From Candidatus Binatia bacterium (GTDB lineage Bacteria; Desulfobacterota; Binatia; UBA9968; CAXXLF01), in assembly GCA_963664015.2 (NCBI GenBank), contig CAXXLF010000002.1, forward strand, positions 576,001 to 640,000: a stretch of 64,000 nucleotides of DNA, given 5' to 3'. The translations under genes were made by a program, and so were the position numbers. Below the pieces are notes generated by a model. It was not told the origin of the DNA, made no database searches, and was given only the letters and a program-made list of their open reading frames with translations. Numbering within the stretch: the first letter of the stretch is position 1; every line of letters begins with the position of its first letter. Below are positions 18,362 to 29,175 of the stretch, piece after piece.

Positions 18362-19399
18362 TTACAGGATTAGCATCGCATCCCCGTAGCTATAAAAGCG
18401 GTAGTCTAGCCGGACCGCTTCCCTATAGGCCTCGCGCATAAGATCCAGTCCGGCAAAGGCGGCCACCATCAGCAATGGGGTCGAGGCTGGCAAATGAAAA
18501 TTGGTTATCAATCCATCGATGACGCGAAAAGGGAATTCCGGCCGGATAAACAACCGGGTCACTCCGTGACCGGCCTCCACCCTGCCCATGCGTTGGGCTA
18601 TCCCTTCTAATGTACGGGTGGTTGTCGACCCGACTGCGATGACCCTCCGTCCGGTACTCTTGACCCGTTGAATCCCAGCCGCCGCGTCCTGGCTGAGCGT
18701 ATACCGTTCTCCTTCCATACGATGGTCCTCGACCGACTGGGCGCGCAGCGGTTGAAAGGTACCGGGACCCACGTGCAGAGTGAGAAACGCGCGCTCAACG
18801 CCCTTGTCTTTCAACTTTTTAAATAACGCCTCGGTAAAGTGGAGCCCGGCGGTAGGTGCCGCAACGGACCCCGGACTCGACGCATAAACGGTCTGGTAGC
18901 GTTCCCAATCGGTGTGCTCTAGCTTCCGTGTGCGATGGATGTAAGGGGGGAGCGGCGGCTCACCCACTCGGGAGAGGACTTCCATGAAGTCTCCCGGGCA
19001 AAGGAACCGAAGCCCGTAACGCCCACGCCCCAGGACCCCGACCACCTGTGCGGAAAGTGAGTCGGAAAAATAGAGCCGACTCCCCAGAGGAGGCCTCTTG
19101 GCCACGTCGATGAGCGCAATCCAAAAATGGCTGTCTTCGGGAAAAGACTCAAGCAGGAGGACCTCGACTTCACCTCCCGTCTCCTTTCGCCCCAGTAACC
19201 TCACGGGCAAAACTCGAGAGTCATTGAGAACCAGCAGGTCGCCGGGGAAAAGACAATGATCGATAGAGGAAAATTCCGAGTGGGAGATCTTCCCCGAAGA
19301 ACGTTCCAGGACCATGAGGCGTGAACCGGACCGCTCCCCGGACGGATGTGACGCGATCAACGAGCGGGGGAGCTCATACATCAACTCACTTAGCTCCAT
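18362..19399 (-). CDS. queA: S-adenosylmethionine:tRNA ribosyltransferase-isomerase
   Basis: PLPPYI, YQTVYA, AAPTAGLHF, TNFH, YSYGDAM. Confidence 0.97.
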   Translation of the reverse strand: MELSELMYELPRSLIASHPSGERSGSRLMVLERSSGKISHSEFSSIDHCLFPGDLLVLNDSRVLPVRLLGRKETGGEVEVLLLESFPEDSHFWIALIDVAKRPPLGSRLYFSDSLSAQVVGVLGRGRYGLRFLCPGDFMEVLSRVGEPPLPPYIHRTRKLEHTDWERYQTVYASSPGSVAAPTAGLHFTEALFKKLKDKGVERAFLTLHVGPGTFQPLRAQSVEDHRMEGERYTLSQDAAAGIQRVKSTGRRVIAVGSTTTRTLEGIAQRMGRVEAGHGVTRLFIRPEFPFRVIDGLITNFHLPASTPLLMVAAFAGLDLMREAYREAVRLDYRFYSYGDAMLIL

Positions 19400-19531
19400 A
19401 GGTTACTTACCGGAATCCCGCTTGAGCAAGAGATAGGGCTTCGGGAACTCAGGGACCGAGGCTCGGCCCACCGTTGAAACCAAAACAACCGACGAATCAG
19501 GTCAGCCGGAATCCACGAGCCGATGGTATCC

Positions 19532-20332
19532 CTAGGTCTCCGAAGTCTCGGGTTCCGCGAGCGTCGCAGGCGTCGCAGGCGGCGATTCCTTCTTGAGGAA
19601 GGGTGTCAATAGGTCGATCGGGATGGGAAAGATCGTCGTCGAGTTCTTCTCCGAGGCCACTTCCACAAGACTCTGTAGATAACGGAGCTGCAGGGCAATG
19701 GGATGTTCCGCGATCACTTCGGCGGCATCAGCCAACTTCTGCGATGCCTGAAATTCACCATCCGCATGGATGACCTTTGCGCGCCGTTCCCGCTCGGCCT
19801 CCGCCTGTTTGGCCATGGCGCGCTGCATCTCCTGGGGAAGGTCGATGTGTTTCAGTTCCACCAGGACCACCTTGATTCCCCACGGGTCCGTCTGAGCGTC
19901 TAGAATCTCTTGAATACGGCTATTGATCCTTTCCCGCTCGACCAGCAGCTCGTCCAGCTCCCCCTGCCCACAGACGCTTCTGAGCGTCACCTGCGCTAGT
20001 TGGGAAGTGGCGAAGAGAAAATTCTCCACCTCTCGAATGGCCTTGTTGGGTTCGATCACCCTGAAATAGAGGACTGCATTAACCTTCACCGAAACGTTGT
20101 CCCGCGTGATTACGTCCTGGGGCGGGATATCCATGGTAACCGTACGCAGGTCCACGCGCTGCATACGTTCAATAAAGGGAATGACGTAGATGATTCCCGG
20201 GCCGCGCGGGTTAACCATGCGGCCGAGCCTGAAGATCACCCCCCGCTCGTACTCCCTCAGGATCTTGATGCCGCTGAGCAGCAGTAATCCACCGATAATT
20301 AGAAACGTATAAACCGGACCTATTCCCATCAT
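19532..20332 (-). CDS. SPFH/stomatin-like (slipin) protein
   Basis: [32 protein letters not shown]; directly downstream of nfeD. Confidence 0.93.
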   Translation of the reverse strand: MMGIGPVYTFLIIGGLLLLSGIKILREYERGVIFRLGRMVNPRGPGIIYVIPFIERMQRVDLRTVTMDIPPQDVITRDNVSVKVNAVLYFRVIEPNKAIREVENFLFATSQLAQVTLRSVCGQGELDELLVERERINSRIQEILDAQTDPWGIKVVLVELKHIDLPQEMQRAMAKQAEAERERRAKVIHADGEFQASQKLADAAEVIAEHPIALQLRYLQSLVEVASEKNSTTIFPIPIDLLTPFLKKESPPATPATLAEPETSET

Positions 20333-20360
20333 TATGGTGCCTCCTCTTTGGTTTCCCCGT

Positions 20361-21710
20361 TTACCCTCTGAGCAGTCTCTTCACCTTGAGCATCATTCCA
20401 TCGAAGCTGGCCACCTGGACCTTCTCGCCGACCTCGAACTCCTCGTCGGCCTCTGCGTTCCAGTATTCTCCGTGAACGAATACCTTCCCGGCCGGATTTA
20501 GCCTGACCTTGACTTCGGCGGTCTCGCCCACAAGCCCTTTCATCCCCAGGGTGGGTTTCCTCCGTTGCGACTTCACAACCAGATATCCTACCACGAGCAT
20601 GAAGGCACTCAGGGTACCGACAACGGTAAAAACGATCTTGCGACTCAAAACCAGATCAGAGGTGCTCATGTCGAACAACAACAAGGAGCCTAGTGTGAGC
20701 GCAATTATCCCCCCGATACCTAGAATTCCGAAGCTCGGGAGAAATGCCTCGGCCACAAGCAACGCCATACCCAAAACCATCAAAGCCAGACCGGCGTAGT
20801 TGATGGGCAGGATCTGAAACGAGGTCAAGGCCAGCAGCAGAGCAATACCCCCGGCGACACCAGGGAATATAACGCCCGGATTGGAAAATTCCATGTAGAT
20901 CCCGAGGATACCCGCCATGAGAAGGAGATAGGCAATATTTGGATTGGAAAGAATATTGATGATATTCTGCCTCAGCGCCATCTCGAACCGCTCGATGTGC
21001 ACGCCTTTCAGGTCGATGGGTTTTTTGACCCCGTTTAGGTCCACGATTCGACCGTCGGCCTGCTTCAAAAGGTCCTGGAGATCCGTTGCCACGATGTCGA
21101 CCACGTTCTTTTCCAATGCCTCTTTATTTGTGATAGAAGTGCTGCGACGAACCGCCTGTATGGCGAACTCCGTATTGCGTCCTCGACGCTGGGCAATGGT
21201 CTCACTAAACGAAGCAGTAAAGTTCTCTATCTTTTCACCCATCACGCCTTTGACTTCCTGGCCGCCCCCAGCTACCGGATGGGCCGCGCCAATGTTGGTA
21301 CCTGGAGCCATGGCAGCAATATGGCCGGCTAGTGTGATAAAGACGCCGGCGGAGCCGGCCCCGGCGCCGCTAGGCGACACGTAGACGATCACCGGTACCG
21401 GTGCGCTCATGATCTCTTTGACGATGGAGCGGGTGGAGGAGAGCAGCCCGCCCGGCGTATCGAGCTGGATCACCAGGGCACGGGCACCATCCGCATATGC
21501 CTGTTTGATGTTGTCGCGGATGAAATCATCGACGGCGGGATTGATTCCCCCATCGACAACGATAAGGTTCACCTTGGGAACAACCGGTCTGGCCGGTTGC
21601 CCAATGACCGAATTTCCAGCCAGGGCCAGAGTCGCCAGAAGAAGCAGGATCGCCCTAAACCGCAGGGGAATCGAGCTCTTGCAGAACTTTTTTAATGTCT
21701 TCCCAAACAA
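20361..21710 (-). CDS. nfeD: NfeD-family membrane-bound serine protease (long form)
   Basis: LDTPGG, AGSAG, GAAHPV; TM region; C-terminal OB-fold HGEYW. Confidence 0.92.
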   Translation of the reverse strand: MFGKTLKKFCKSSIPLRFRAILLLLATLALAGNSVIGQPARPVVPKVNLIVVDGGINPAVDDFIRDNIKQAYADGARALVIQLDTPGGLLSSTRSIVKEIMSAPVPVIVYVSPSGAGAGSAGVFITLAGHIAAMAPGTNIGAAHPVAGGGQEVKGVMGEKIENFTASFSETIAQRRGRNTEFAIQAVRRSTSITNKEALEKNVVDIVATDLQDLLKQADGRIVDLNGVKKPIDLKGVHIERFEMALRQNIINILSNPNIAYLLLMAGILGIYMEFSNPGVIFPGVAGGIALLLALTSFQILPINYAGLALMVLGMALLVAEAFLPSFGILGIGGIIALTLGSLLLFDMSTSDLVLSRKIVFTVVGTLSAFMLVVGYLVVKSQRRKPTLGMKGLVGETAEVKVRLNPAGKVFVHGEYWNAEADEEFEVGEKVQVASFDGMMLKVKRLLRG

Positions 21711-22410
21711 GCTTCTTGTCTCCAGGATTGCGCAGCAAGTATGCCGGATGAAGGGTAGGCATGAACCGGATACCGTGATAGTCGTGCCACCCCCCGCGCA
21801 ACTTCATAATAGGAACCTTGGACTTCAACAGCGTTTGAACGGCAAATTTTCCTAAACCGATCAACACCCGGGGCTTGATCAATTCGATCTGCCGCACCAG
21901 AAACGGTTCACAGGACTCGATCTCATCGGACTCGGGATTGCGATTCTCGGGCGGACGGCATTTGATGACGTTGGCTATATAGACGTCCTCCCTTTTCATC
22001 CCCATTCCCTTGGTGATGATATCGGTCAGGAGCTGCCCGGCCCGTCCAACGAACGGCTCACCCTTCAAATCCTCGTCCCTTCCTGGCCCTTCGCCAACAA
22101 ACATGACCTTGGCTTTTGGGTTTCCCACGCCAAAGACCAGATGGGTGCGGCCCGATGACAGTTTGCATCGCTGGCAGTCTCCGATGGCCGCCCTGAGCTG
22201 GTCCAGGGACTGGCTCTTATAGGTCGAGGCATAGTCGGAATTTCGATTCCCTTCAAGCGATTGGGAGGCAACCTGACGGTTTATATCCTCATCCTTTTTA
22301 TTAACGTTGAAATCACTCCGCGGTAGATCTCCTATTCCGGCCTGCTCTCGCCACTGAAGATGAGAATGCAGTGAGGCCGTAATTCGGCGTAATTCCTCAC
22401 GTTCATCCAA
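21655..22410 (-). CDS. udg: Uracil-DNA glycosylase, family 4 (Fe-S type)
   Basis: CQRC, GEGPG..ED..G.PFVG, KCRPP, HPAY; probable TTG start at 22410 after GAGGAG. Confidence 0.92.
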   Translation of the reverse strand: MDEREELRRITASLHSHLQWREQAGIGDLPRSDFNVNKKDEDINRQVASQSLEGNRNSDYASTYKSQSLDQLRAAIGDCQRCKLSSGRTHLVFGVGNPKAKVMFVGEGPGRDEDLKGEPFVGRAGQLLTDIITKGMGMKREDVYIANVIKCRPPENRNPESDEIESCEPFLVRQIELIKPRVLIGLGKFAVQTLLKSKVPIMKLRGGWHDYHGIRFMPTLHPAYLLRNPGDKKLVWEDIKKVLQELDSPAV

Positions 22411-22755
22411 CGGTTCACTCCTCAAACTCCCGAGACGATGATCTTAGCACCATTTCCGAGTGCGGTACAATGCCCGATTTTCCTTTTCTCTTTTAACTGG
22501 CTCAGCAACTGTTTAGATAGACCGACCCCCACCTGAACGATAAAATCCAAAGTTCCGGGACACGCGTAGTCAGGGTAAGCCTTGGGATACGCCTTGTAAG
22601 GGTCGCCTCGCCAGAGATACTGGCTGGAAAAATTCGTGCGAGCAAAGCAAACGCACAAAGAGTTTGACCGGGTCGGGCTCGCGCGTAGTACCCAAAGACA
22701 AGGGTGAAACGGAGGGTTGCCGGAAGTGAACCGCGACAACCAAGTCGACGGTGTA

Positions 22756-24000
22756 TTAACGCCTGTGCAGCAAGGGCGCTTTTCTTGGCCGATCCTTGGC
22801 CTTCAGCGCCAGGTAGCAATCGTAGATCCGGTTTGCCATCTCCTCTTTCGGCATCAAAGGAAGAGCATGGGTCGACCCGTCGCGCTCCAAGATGGTGGCC
22901 GCGTTGGTGTCCGTATCAAAGCCGCTGCCCTCTTCGGTGACGTTGTTGGCCACGATCATTTCCAGATTCTTTTCCCGAAGCTTCTTTTTTGCATTAACAA
23001 CCAGGGCCTCGGTCTCGGCGGCAAACCCGATCAGGGTTTGGGCCCGTTTCGTCTGGCCCAATTCTTTCAGGATGTCAGGGTTGGGTTCCAGGGTGAGCTC
23101 CATAGTGCCGTCGCCCCGTTTGAGCTTGCTAGCGCTGACCTTGCGGGGGCGATAATCGGTAACCGCCGCCGCCATGAGAACCGCCGTGCTGTGGGGGAAC
23201 TCCTTGAGAACCGCATCGCGCATTTCGGCGGCCGTAGTCACCGGGACAAAGCGCACCCCAGCAGGAGGTGTGAGAGCAGAGGGACCACTGACCAGGGTCA
23301 CCTCGGCGCCACGCCTGGCACCGACTCGGGCCAAAGCATACCCCATCTTCCCCGATGAGCGGTTCGAGAGATAGCGTACCGGATCCACCGGTTCCCTACT
23401 GGGACCGGCCGTTACCAGAAGCCTCTCACCCGTTAGATCCTTACTCCGCAACAGCACCTGAACCTCAGTCATGATCGATTGGGGCTCCGGAAGGCGACCT
23501 TTACCCTCATAGCCGCATGCCAGGTAACCCACCGACGAGTCCATTACCTCATGTCCCAGCCTTTGCAATTTACGGATGTTTTCCTGGAGGACCGGGTTCT
23601 CGAACATATGGACGTTCATGGAGGGTACGATCAAAATTGGCGCCTGGGTAGCCAGGACCACCGTCGTCAACAGATCGTCCGCGATACCGCCGGCCATCTT
23701 GCCTATGATGTTGGCCGTGGCCGGTGCAATCACAAGTAAATCGCCCTTGTCGGCCAGGTTGATGTGACCGATCTGGGACTCCTGGGTTAGATCGAAGAGT
23801 TCGGTTGCCACCGGGTGGCCGGAAAGGGTCTGAAAGGTCAAGGGGGTTACAAACTGCTGGGCATCCCGGGTCATGATCACGTACACCGAGTAGCCGCCCT
23901 GAACGAGAAGCCGGACTAGCTCTACTGCCTTATAGCAAGCGATACCGCCGCACACTCCAAGTACGACCGTTCGAGCCTCATTTGGTTCCTGTACCACCAT
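22756..24000 (-). CDS. coaBC: Bifunctional phosphopantothenoylcysteine decarboxylase/synthetase
   Basis: GGIACYK, PATAN, PSMN, LACG..GKGR, DPVRYLSNRSSGKMG, GFAAET; start placed at ATG 24000. Confidence 0.96.
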   Translation of the reverse strand: MVVQEPNEARTVVLGVCGGIACYKAVELVRLLVQGGYSVYVIMTRDAQQFVTPLTFQTLSGHPVATELFDLTQESQIGHINLADKGDLLVIAPATANIIGKMAGGIADDLLTTVVLATQAPILIVPSMNVHMFENPVLQENIRKLQRLGHEVMDSSVGYLACGYEGKGRLPEPQSIMTEVQVLLRSKDLTGERLLVTAGPSREPVDPVRYLSNRSSGKMGYALARVGARRGAEVTLVSGPSALTPPAGVRFVPVTTAAEMRDAVLKEFPHSTAVLMAAAVTDYRPRKVSASKLKRGDGTMELTLEPNPDILKELGQTKRAQTLIGFAAETEALVVNAKKKLREKNLEMIVANNVTEEGSGFDTDTNAATILERDGSTHALPLMPKEEMANRIYDCYLALKAKDRPRKAPLLHRR

Positions 24001-24112
24001 TTCAAAATAACCAATCCCCTGTGGTTTTGCAATATTGGAGCCCAAGTAGCCCTCAAAGCAGAAGGCAAATATTGCTTGACGGATTTGGAGCCATGTTGGA
24101 TGATTATAGAAT

Positions 24113-24910
24113 ATGGTTACAACAAAATATTTACGTACTTTCGTCGTTGTATCAACCATCGTGCTGGCTTTCTATGTATGGGGTGCCGGGACGCCGTTGG
24201 CCATCGCTCAATCGGATGGATCGAGCAGCGCCCAACCCTCTGAAGACCCCGGCATCAAGCCGGACTCGACGGAAGAGCAAGGATACGTGCCTCCCGAAGA
24301 GGACCCCTGGGAAAGCTTTAACGAAACGATGTTCAACTTCAACCAGAAAATTGACCGTTACTTTCTGAAACCCGTTGCCATGGGCTACGATTTCGTGCTA
24401 CCCCGTCCGGTTCAAACCGGCATCAGGAATGCCATCAACAACATTGATGTCATCCGACGCCTGGTCAACAATCTCCTGCAGGCAAAATTCACTAGCGCAG
24501 GGACCGAGCTGGCCCGCTTTACCATCAATTCGACCATTGGGGTTGCCGGGCTCGTGGACGTGGCCAAGCTGGGATTCGGTATTGAGCAGGCCGACGAGGA
24601 TACAGGACAGACCTTCGGTGTGTGGGGCATGGGATCCGGTCCATATCTGGTTCTCCCCTTCCTGCCGGTAACGACCGTACGCGACGGTGTCGGAACAATG
24701 TTCGACAAGGCTCTGAATCCGCTGCTCTACGTCTCACTCTTCGTTGATGGGACCGAATGGGTCTCCACGGAGGTCTTCACCCTGAATACGGTCAACAACC
24801 GATCTCTCAACCTGGAGCCCTTCGAACAGATCGAGGAAACGGTCATCGACCTCTATGGTGCTGTGCGTAACGGTTACCTGCAAAGCCGCGAAGCCGCCAT
24901 CAAGGAATGA
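24113..24910 (+). CDS. mlaA: VacJ/MlaA-family outer-membrane lipid asymmetry protein
   Basis: DPWESFN, RFTINSTIG, EDTGQT.G.WG..SGPYLVLP, Y..VRNGYLQ.R. Confidence 0.9.
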   Translation: MVTTKYLRTFVVVSTIVLAFYVWGAGTPLAIAQSDGSSSAQPSEDPGIKPDSTEEQGYVPPEEDPWESFNETMFNFNQKIDRYFLKPVAMGYDFVLPRPVQTGIRNAINNIDVIRRLVNNLLQAKFTSAGTELARFTINSTIGVAGLVDVAKLGFGIEQADEDTGQTFGVWGMGSGPYLVLPFLPVTTVRDGVGTMFDKALNPLLYVSLFVDGTEWVSTEVFTLNTVNNRSLNLEPFEQIEETVIDLYGAVRNGYLQSREAAIKE

Positions 24911-24952
24911 TGCCTCCACGGGGTTACACCCAAGGCGGATGACGCTTGACTC

Positions 24953-24985
24953 AAAAGGGACTCGCTGTAGCGAGTCCCTTTTTTT
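24953..24985. terminator. Rho-independent terminator after mlaA
   Basis: AAAAGGGACTCGC-TGTA-GCGAGTCCCTTTTTTT. Confidence 0.85.
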
Positions 24986-25209
24986 AACCCCTGAACCATA
25001 AAACATCCCTTCGCCATAGAACTGCACTACCCTCCTATCCCCCGCGAATTTTGCCGAAGCACCTTCATTGTCCACTCCGCCAATACCACCCCAGCAGCTG
25101 CGAAGAGAGAAACAATAATTGCTTTCCTCATTGGATTGATCTATCAATAGCAAAAATTCATCCCCTCTTCGTACCGGCTTCCGGCCGGCCAAAAGATTAC
25201 GGACGTCAT

Positions 25210-26319
25210 ATGGCAGATAAAAGCAGCTTTTTATCCGGTAAACGGATCGACCCCCAACCCATTGGATCAACCACCTCCATTACCGAACTGATCGATCAGA
25301 ACTTAATTTCTTACAATGGGGGTCGGCTGCGCGAGGCCTGCCAGTTATTCAATGACAAGATTCTCGACGACGACGTCACCGTTGGCCTGAGCCTAAGCGG
25401 CGCCCTGACCCCCGCCGGTCTGGGCATTTCCGCCCTCATCCCATTGATCGAGAACGGCTTCATCGATTGGATAGTGAGTACGGGAGCCAACCTCTATCAC
25501 GATTCCCACTTTGCTATGGATCTCCCGCTGCACCGTGGCCGGTTTGACGCCAACGATGTAACCCTTAGGGAAGAAGGCATCGTCAGGATTTACGACATCT
25601 TTTTCGACTACGACATCCTGATATCCACCGACGACTTTTTTCGTACAATCGTAGCCGCTCCCGAATTTCAAAAAGAGATGAGTAGCTCGGAGTTTCACTT
25701 TCTCGTGGGCAAATACTTGGCCGAGCGGGAGGGAATCCTGGGGACGGAAAAGAAATCCCTTTTGGCAACCGCCTACCGCTGCGGTCTGCCAATCTACACT
25801 TCGTCGCCAGGGGACAGCTCCATCGGCATGAATGTGGCGGCCCTTGCCTTGAAGGGAAACCAGATGAAGTTTGACGTCTCAAGAGACGTCAACGAATCGG
25901 CCGCTATCGTCCTCGAGGCCAAGCGAACCGGCGGCAGGAGTGCAGCGATCATACTCGGGGGCGGTTCCCCGAAAAACTTCCTCTTGCAAACCGAACCCCA
26001 TATCCAAGAGGTCCTCGGGTTGGAAGAAAAGGGTTACGACTTCTTTATTCAACTCACCGACGCCAGGGCGGACACCGGGGGGCTCTCGGGGGCAACGCCC
26101 GGCGAAGCCGTAAGCTGGGGAAAAGTTGACCCCAACCAGCTGCCCGATTCGGTGGTTTGCTATGTCGACTCCACCATCGGCTTGCCCCTTCTCACCGCCT
26201 ATGTTCTTGCCAACCACCCGCCGCGCACGCCCAGGAGGCTTTTCGAAAAACGCGACACGCTAATGAAAAACATCGAAGAAGAGATCAAGGAAAAATTCGG
26301 TAAAATCAGCTTGAAGTAA
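25210..26319 (+). CDS. Deoxyhypusine synthase-like protein (SpeY-type homospermidine biosynthesis candidate)
   Basis: [46 protein letters not shown]; start ATG 25210. Confidence 0.88.
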   Translation: MADKSSFLSGKRIDPQPIGSTTSITELIDQNLISYNGGRLREACQLFNDKILDDDVTVGLSLSGALTPAGLGISALIPLIENGFIDWIVSTGANLYHDSHFAMDLPLHRGRFDANDVTLREEGIVRIYDIFFDYDILISTDDFFRTIVAAPEFQKEMSSSEFHFLVGKYLAEREGILGTEKKSLLATAYRCGLPIYTSSPGDSSIGMNVAALALKGNQMKFDVSRDVNESAAIVLEAKRTGGRSAAIILGGGSPKNFLLQTEPHIQEVLGLEEKGYDFFIQLTDARADTGGLSGATPGEAVSWGKVDPNQLPDSVVCYVDSTIGLPLLTAYVLANHPPRTPRRLFEKRDTLMKNIEEEIKEKFGKISLK

Positions 26320-26348
26320 ACACGCCCCCGCTCCCCATTGCTGTACCG

Positions 26349-27395
26349 TCATTTCTGTCCAGCAACCATGGCCACGATTCTCTGGTAATCCTTCAGCGTG
26401 TTGATGTTGGCAAACTCTCGTTCAATCACAAACTGCGGCGGGACCTGCACGAACCGGACCGGGCCCTGGCCGAGCAGGGAGTGGAGGGCTAACCGCCCCG
26501 AATGGACCGCATCTTTCATTCTCGGTACAAGTCTTTTGGCGTAGATCCCAAGGAGTGGCTCCATGCCTCCGGGGTGGCATGGGATCACCGCATCCGAAGT
26601 ACTATCGTATTGATTGAGTAACCATTCGATCAGGGCTTCCGTGACCAGCGGCATATCGCAGGCGGTGACGAGAACGTCGCCGGGAAGATGCATAAGCGCC
26701 GTAAGGATTCCTCCCAGTGGACCGAGCCCGTCGCGGTCGTCCACAAGAGAATCGACCTCATCCGGTAAGGGTCCTCCCTGCCCGCGCGCTCGTACCAGCG
26801 CCAATCGCTGAAAAGGAAAGGGGCGCAGTTTATCGACCAGGGCGTCCACAACCCTCCTGCCGGCCAACTCCATGTCGGCCTTGTCCTGACCAAAGCGGGT
26901 ACTCTTGCCGCCGGCAAGGACAACGGCGCTAAGACGACTCGCCACTTCCCGACGGAACTCTCGTAGTGCTTCATAAAACGTTTCCGGCTCATTTTTAGAA
27001 ACCGCGAACTTTACGAGGGCATAGCGTTGGCAAGGGCTCCATTGGGCCCATTCGGTGGGGGCCACGGGCAGCTCTCCAACTACACTCCTGTCCAGCACCA
27101 CTGGAGGAATTTTATTCGGATCCTCCCACGCGGTATCCACCGGCGGAGAAATTCGCGTCGATTCGATCCCCGTACGGGTTTTCATCAGGGAAGCTACGGC
27201 GGCGACAAAGCGAGCTCTCTCTTGTTCCGGCTCCACCGGCGCCTCACAAAGAAGTCGGCGCTCCTCAAGGCTAAAGGCCAACCAATCTTTAAGCGAGAGC
27301 TTGATTCCCGTCACGTCGAGCTTCATACGCAGGTGAATGGGTAGACGGCTCATCTCCCGGTAGATCTCGGACTCGAAACGAAAACGGCAGAACAT
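26349..27395 (-). CDS. mobA: Fusion of a nitrate-reductase-associated (NarM-like) domain and Mo-cofactor guanylyltransferase MobA
   Basis: N-terminus F.FE......LP...RMKLD..GIKL.L..W......ER..L and W..W.P.QR.AL.K; C-terminus LAGGKSTRFGQDKA, GPLGG, CDMP, NINT. Confidence 0.8.
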   Translation of the reverse strand: MFCRFRFESEIYREMSRLPIHLRMKLDVTGIKLSLKDWLAFSLEERRLLCEAPVEPEQERARFVAAVASLMKTRTGIESTRISPPVDTAWEDPNKIPPVVLDRSVVGELPVAPTEWAQWSPCQRYALVKFAVSKNEPETFYEALREFRREVASRLSAVVLAGGKSTRFGQDKADMELAGRRVVDALVDKLRPFPFQRLALVRARGQGGPLPDEVDSLVDDRDGLGPLGGILTALMHLPGDVLVTACDMPLVTEALIEWLLNQYDSTSDAVIPCHPGGMEPLLGIYAKRLVPRMKDAVHSGRLALHSLLGQGPVRFVQVPPQFVIEREFANINTLKDYQRIVAMVAGQK

Positions 27396-28624
27396 CAGCG
27401 TTCCGGTAACCGACTGCTGCTCTTATTCACTTGCCATGCGCTGGCGACGGAGCAGACAAAACAAAATATCGCGATCAGAAAGGCGATAACATAGCTCCCT
27501 GTAACATCGAAGATGAGGCCACCCAGCCAGGCCCCAACGCCGCCACCGATACCGATGCTGAGAGTAAAGTAGCCGTAGATGGCGCCGAAGCTCCGGCCTA
27601 AAAAGAGATTGGCCGAAATAGCGGAAAGGACCAGGGCGCGGGAACCCTGTCCCAGCCCGTACATGAGGGCAAAGGCATAGAGCAAAATCGGCTCCGAGGT
27701 GTCGTGCACCAATAGCAACGCGACTATTCCCACCGAAGAGATCACCTGCACGATGGTAAAGACGCTTTCCCCCTTCATGCGGTCCGACATATGACCGAAT
27801 AGTACGCGACCAAAGACACTGATCACCCCCATAAGACCGAAAATGGTGGCGGCAAAAAGTTTTGAATACCCGACATCGACCGCGTGGGCAATTTGGTGAG
27901 TGAGAATGATCTGGTTTCCCATGCTCGCCAGAATCCGCGAACCAAATAGCACCCAGAAGCTGTAGCTCTTGAGGGCCTGGGCTACCGTCCACTCGGATTG
28001 TTTCGCCGCGTCATCGGCATCGCCGGGTTCTTTTTCTGAAGTCGGCGCAAGTAAAAACTGGGCAGGCAATATGACGACAAGCACCGTAATAATCGCCAGG
28101 CCCACGTAGGCTGCTGGCCATCCCCAGTTGTTGATCATCAACTGGGAAAGTGGCACTACCAGCAGTATTCCGAGCCCTCCTCCCGCATAGGCGAGGCCCA
28201 GCATGAGACCGCGGTTATGGGTAAACTCGCGGGAGAGGCTGGCCACATGGGGCACAAGCCCGATAAGGCCGATGCCCAACGCTGTCACCAATCCTACCCA
28301 CAGGTAAAGTTCCCAGAGAGTGGAGATAGTGGCGCTCATGCCAAGACCGAAGACGAGGACGGCTCCGCCAAGGAGAAGTGTACGGCGGGAACCAAGACGG
28401 TCGGTCAGAGAACCGACCATGGGCAGTGTCAGAGCCTCAAAGGCTACCGATACGGAAATGGCACCGGCGGTCGCCGCACGGGACCAACCGAACGCATCGA
28501 GCAGGGCAACATAGAAGACCCCGAAGACGGTGCGGACTCCCCGGGATACGCCTAAATGCAGGAAGGCGACTCCAACCATAGCTAGTCGTCGGAGTCGTTT
28601 CGACGAGGCTTCGTCTTGATTCAC
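27395..28624 (-). CDS. MFS transporter (OFA/monocarboxylate-like)
   Basis: About 12 hydrophobic segments; GSLTDRLGSR; stop overlaps the next start. Confidence 0.9.
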   Translation of the reverse strand: MNQDEASSKRLRRLAMVGVAFLHLGVSRGVRTVFGVFYVALLDAFGWSRAATAGAISVSVAFEALTLPMVGSLTDRLGSRRTLLLGGAVLVFGLGMSATISTLWELYLWVGLVTALGIGLIGLVPHVASLSREFTHNRGLMLGLAYAGGGLGILLVVPLSQLMINNWGWPAAYVGLAIITVLVVILPAQFLLAPTSEKEPGDADDAAKQSEWTVAQALKSYSFWVLFGSRILASMGNQIILTHQIAHAVDVGYSKLFAATIFGLMGVISVFGRVLFGHMSDRMKGESVFTIVQVISSVGIVALLLVHDTSEPILLYAFALMYGLGQGSRALVLSAISANLFLGRSFGAIYGYFTLSIGIGGGVGAWLGGLIFDVTGSYVIAFLIAIFCFVCSVASAWQVNKSSSRLPER

Positions 28625-28734
28625 CGGTCGTAGTTTTCCTTTAGCCTGTAAAATTGATCAATCCAGCCGGAGAGCTTCGTCATCTCATCGATAAGGTCAG
28701 TCAAACTTTGTTGTTGAGATCGTCCGTCGGTCAT
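28621..28734 (-). CDS. 37-aa small protein MTDGRSQQQSLTDLIDEMTKLSGWIDQFYRLKENYDR
   Basis: GAGGT upstream; TGA overlaps the MFS GTG start; below the ORF-track cutoff. Confidence 0.5.
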   Translation of the reverse strand: MTDGRSQQQSLTDLIDEMTKLSGWIDQFYRLKENYDR

Positions 28735-28797
28735 GATTATTCACTTACCTCGGAGAGTGCCAAACCATAGCCCGTCTAGACGAAATTTTCTAAACCT

Positions 28798-29139
28798 TTG
28801 GACTTATTTTGCACGGCTATTCATATCTTCCCGAAGCTTCCCGAGGGAGAGACCGCCATCTGCGTCGTCAGGCTGGGAATGAGCCGCCGTCACAGGGCAA
28901 GTCGAGGGTTTGTGATCGTCCAGGCGAGTGTATTCGGTGTTCTCTTTCTTGTACCCCTGATCGGCCTCCCCATCAGTACACGGATTGGAGCCATCGCTAT
29001 CGTGCCAGCGGCCTCTGCCGCTTACCATGTTTGGCTCGATCAGGAGAACACACCGCAGATCATACCTGCCCAGGGCCAGACCCTGCTGGCCTTCCTCCTC
29101 TACGCCTTCGGCGTCGGAATCGGTCAGCCCAAAGCCTGA
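28798..29139 (+). pseudogene. UbiA/MenA-like prenyltransferase C-terminal remnant
   Basis: VVRLG followed by TM helices and IIPAQGQTLLAFLL; no N-terminal part. Confidence 0.4.
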
Positions 29140-29175
29140 GACGAAGAAAGGGCACCTCTGCCTATCTCCCCCCCC

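Noticed and set aside
15865-19582. 9-bp duplications in secD (GGLGGL) and the SPFH tail (PATPAT)
   Set aside because: In-frame duplications in loop or tail regions with no sign of function.
22545-22725. Partial RNase P RNA-like words (AAAGTTCCGGGACAC, AAGGGTGAAACGG)
   Set aside because: No exact GAGGAAAGTCC and no 3' ACAGAACCCGGCTTA for helix P4; kept only as an unnamed RNA candidate.
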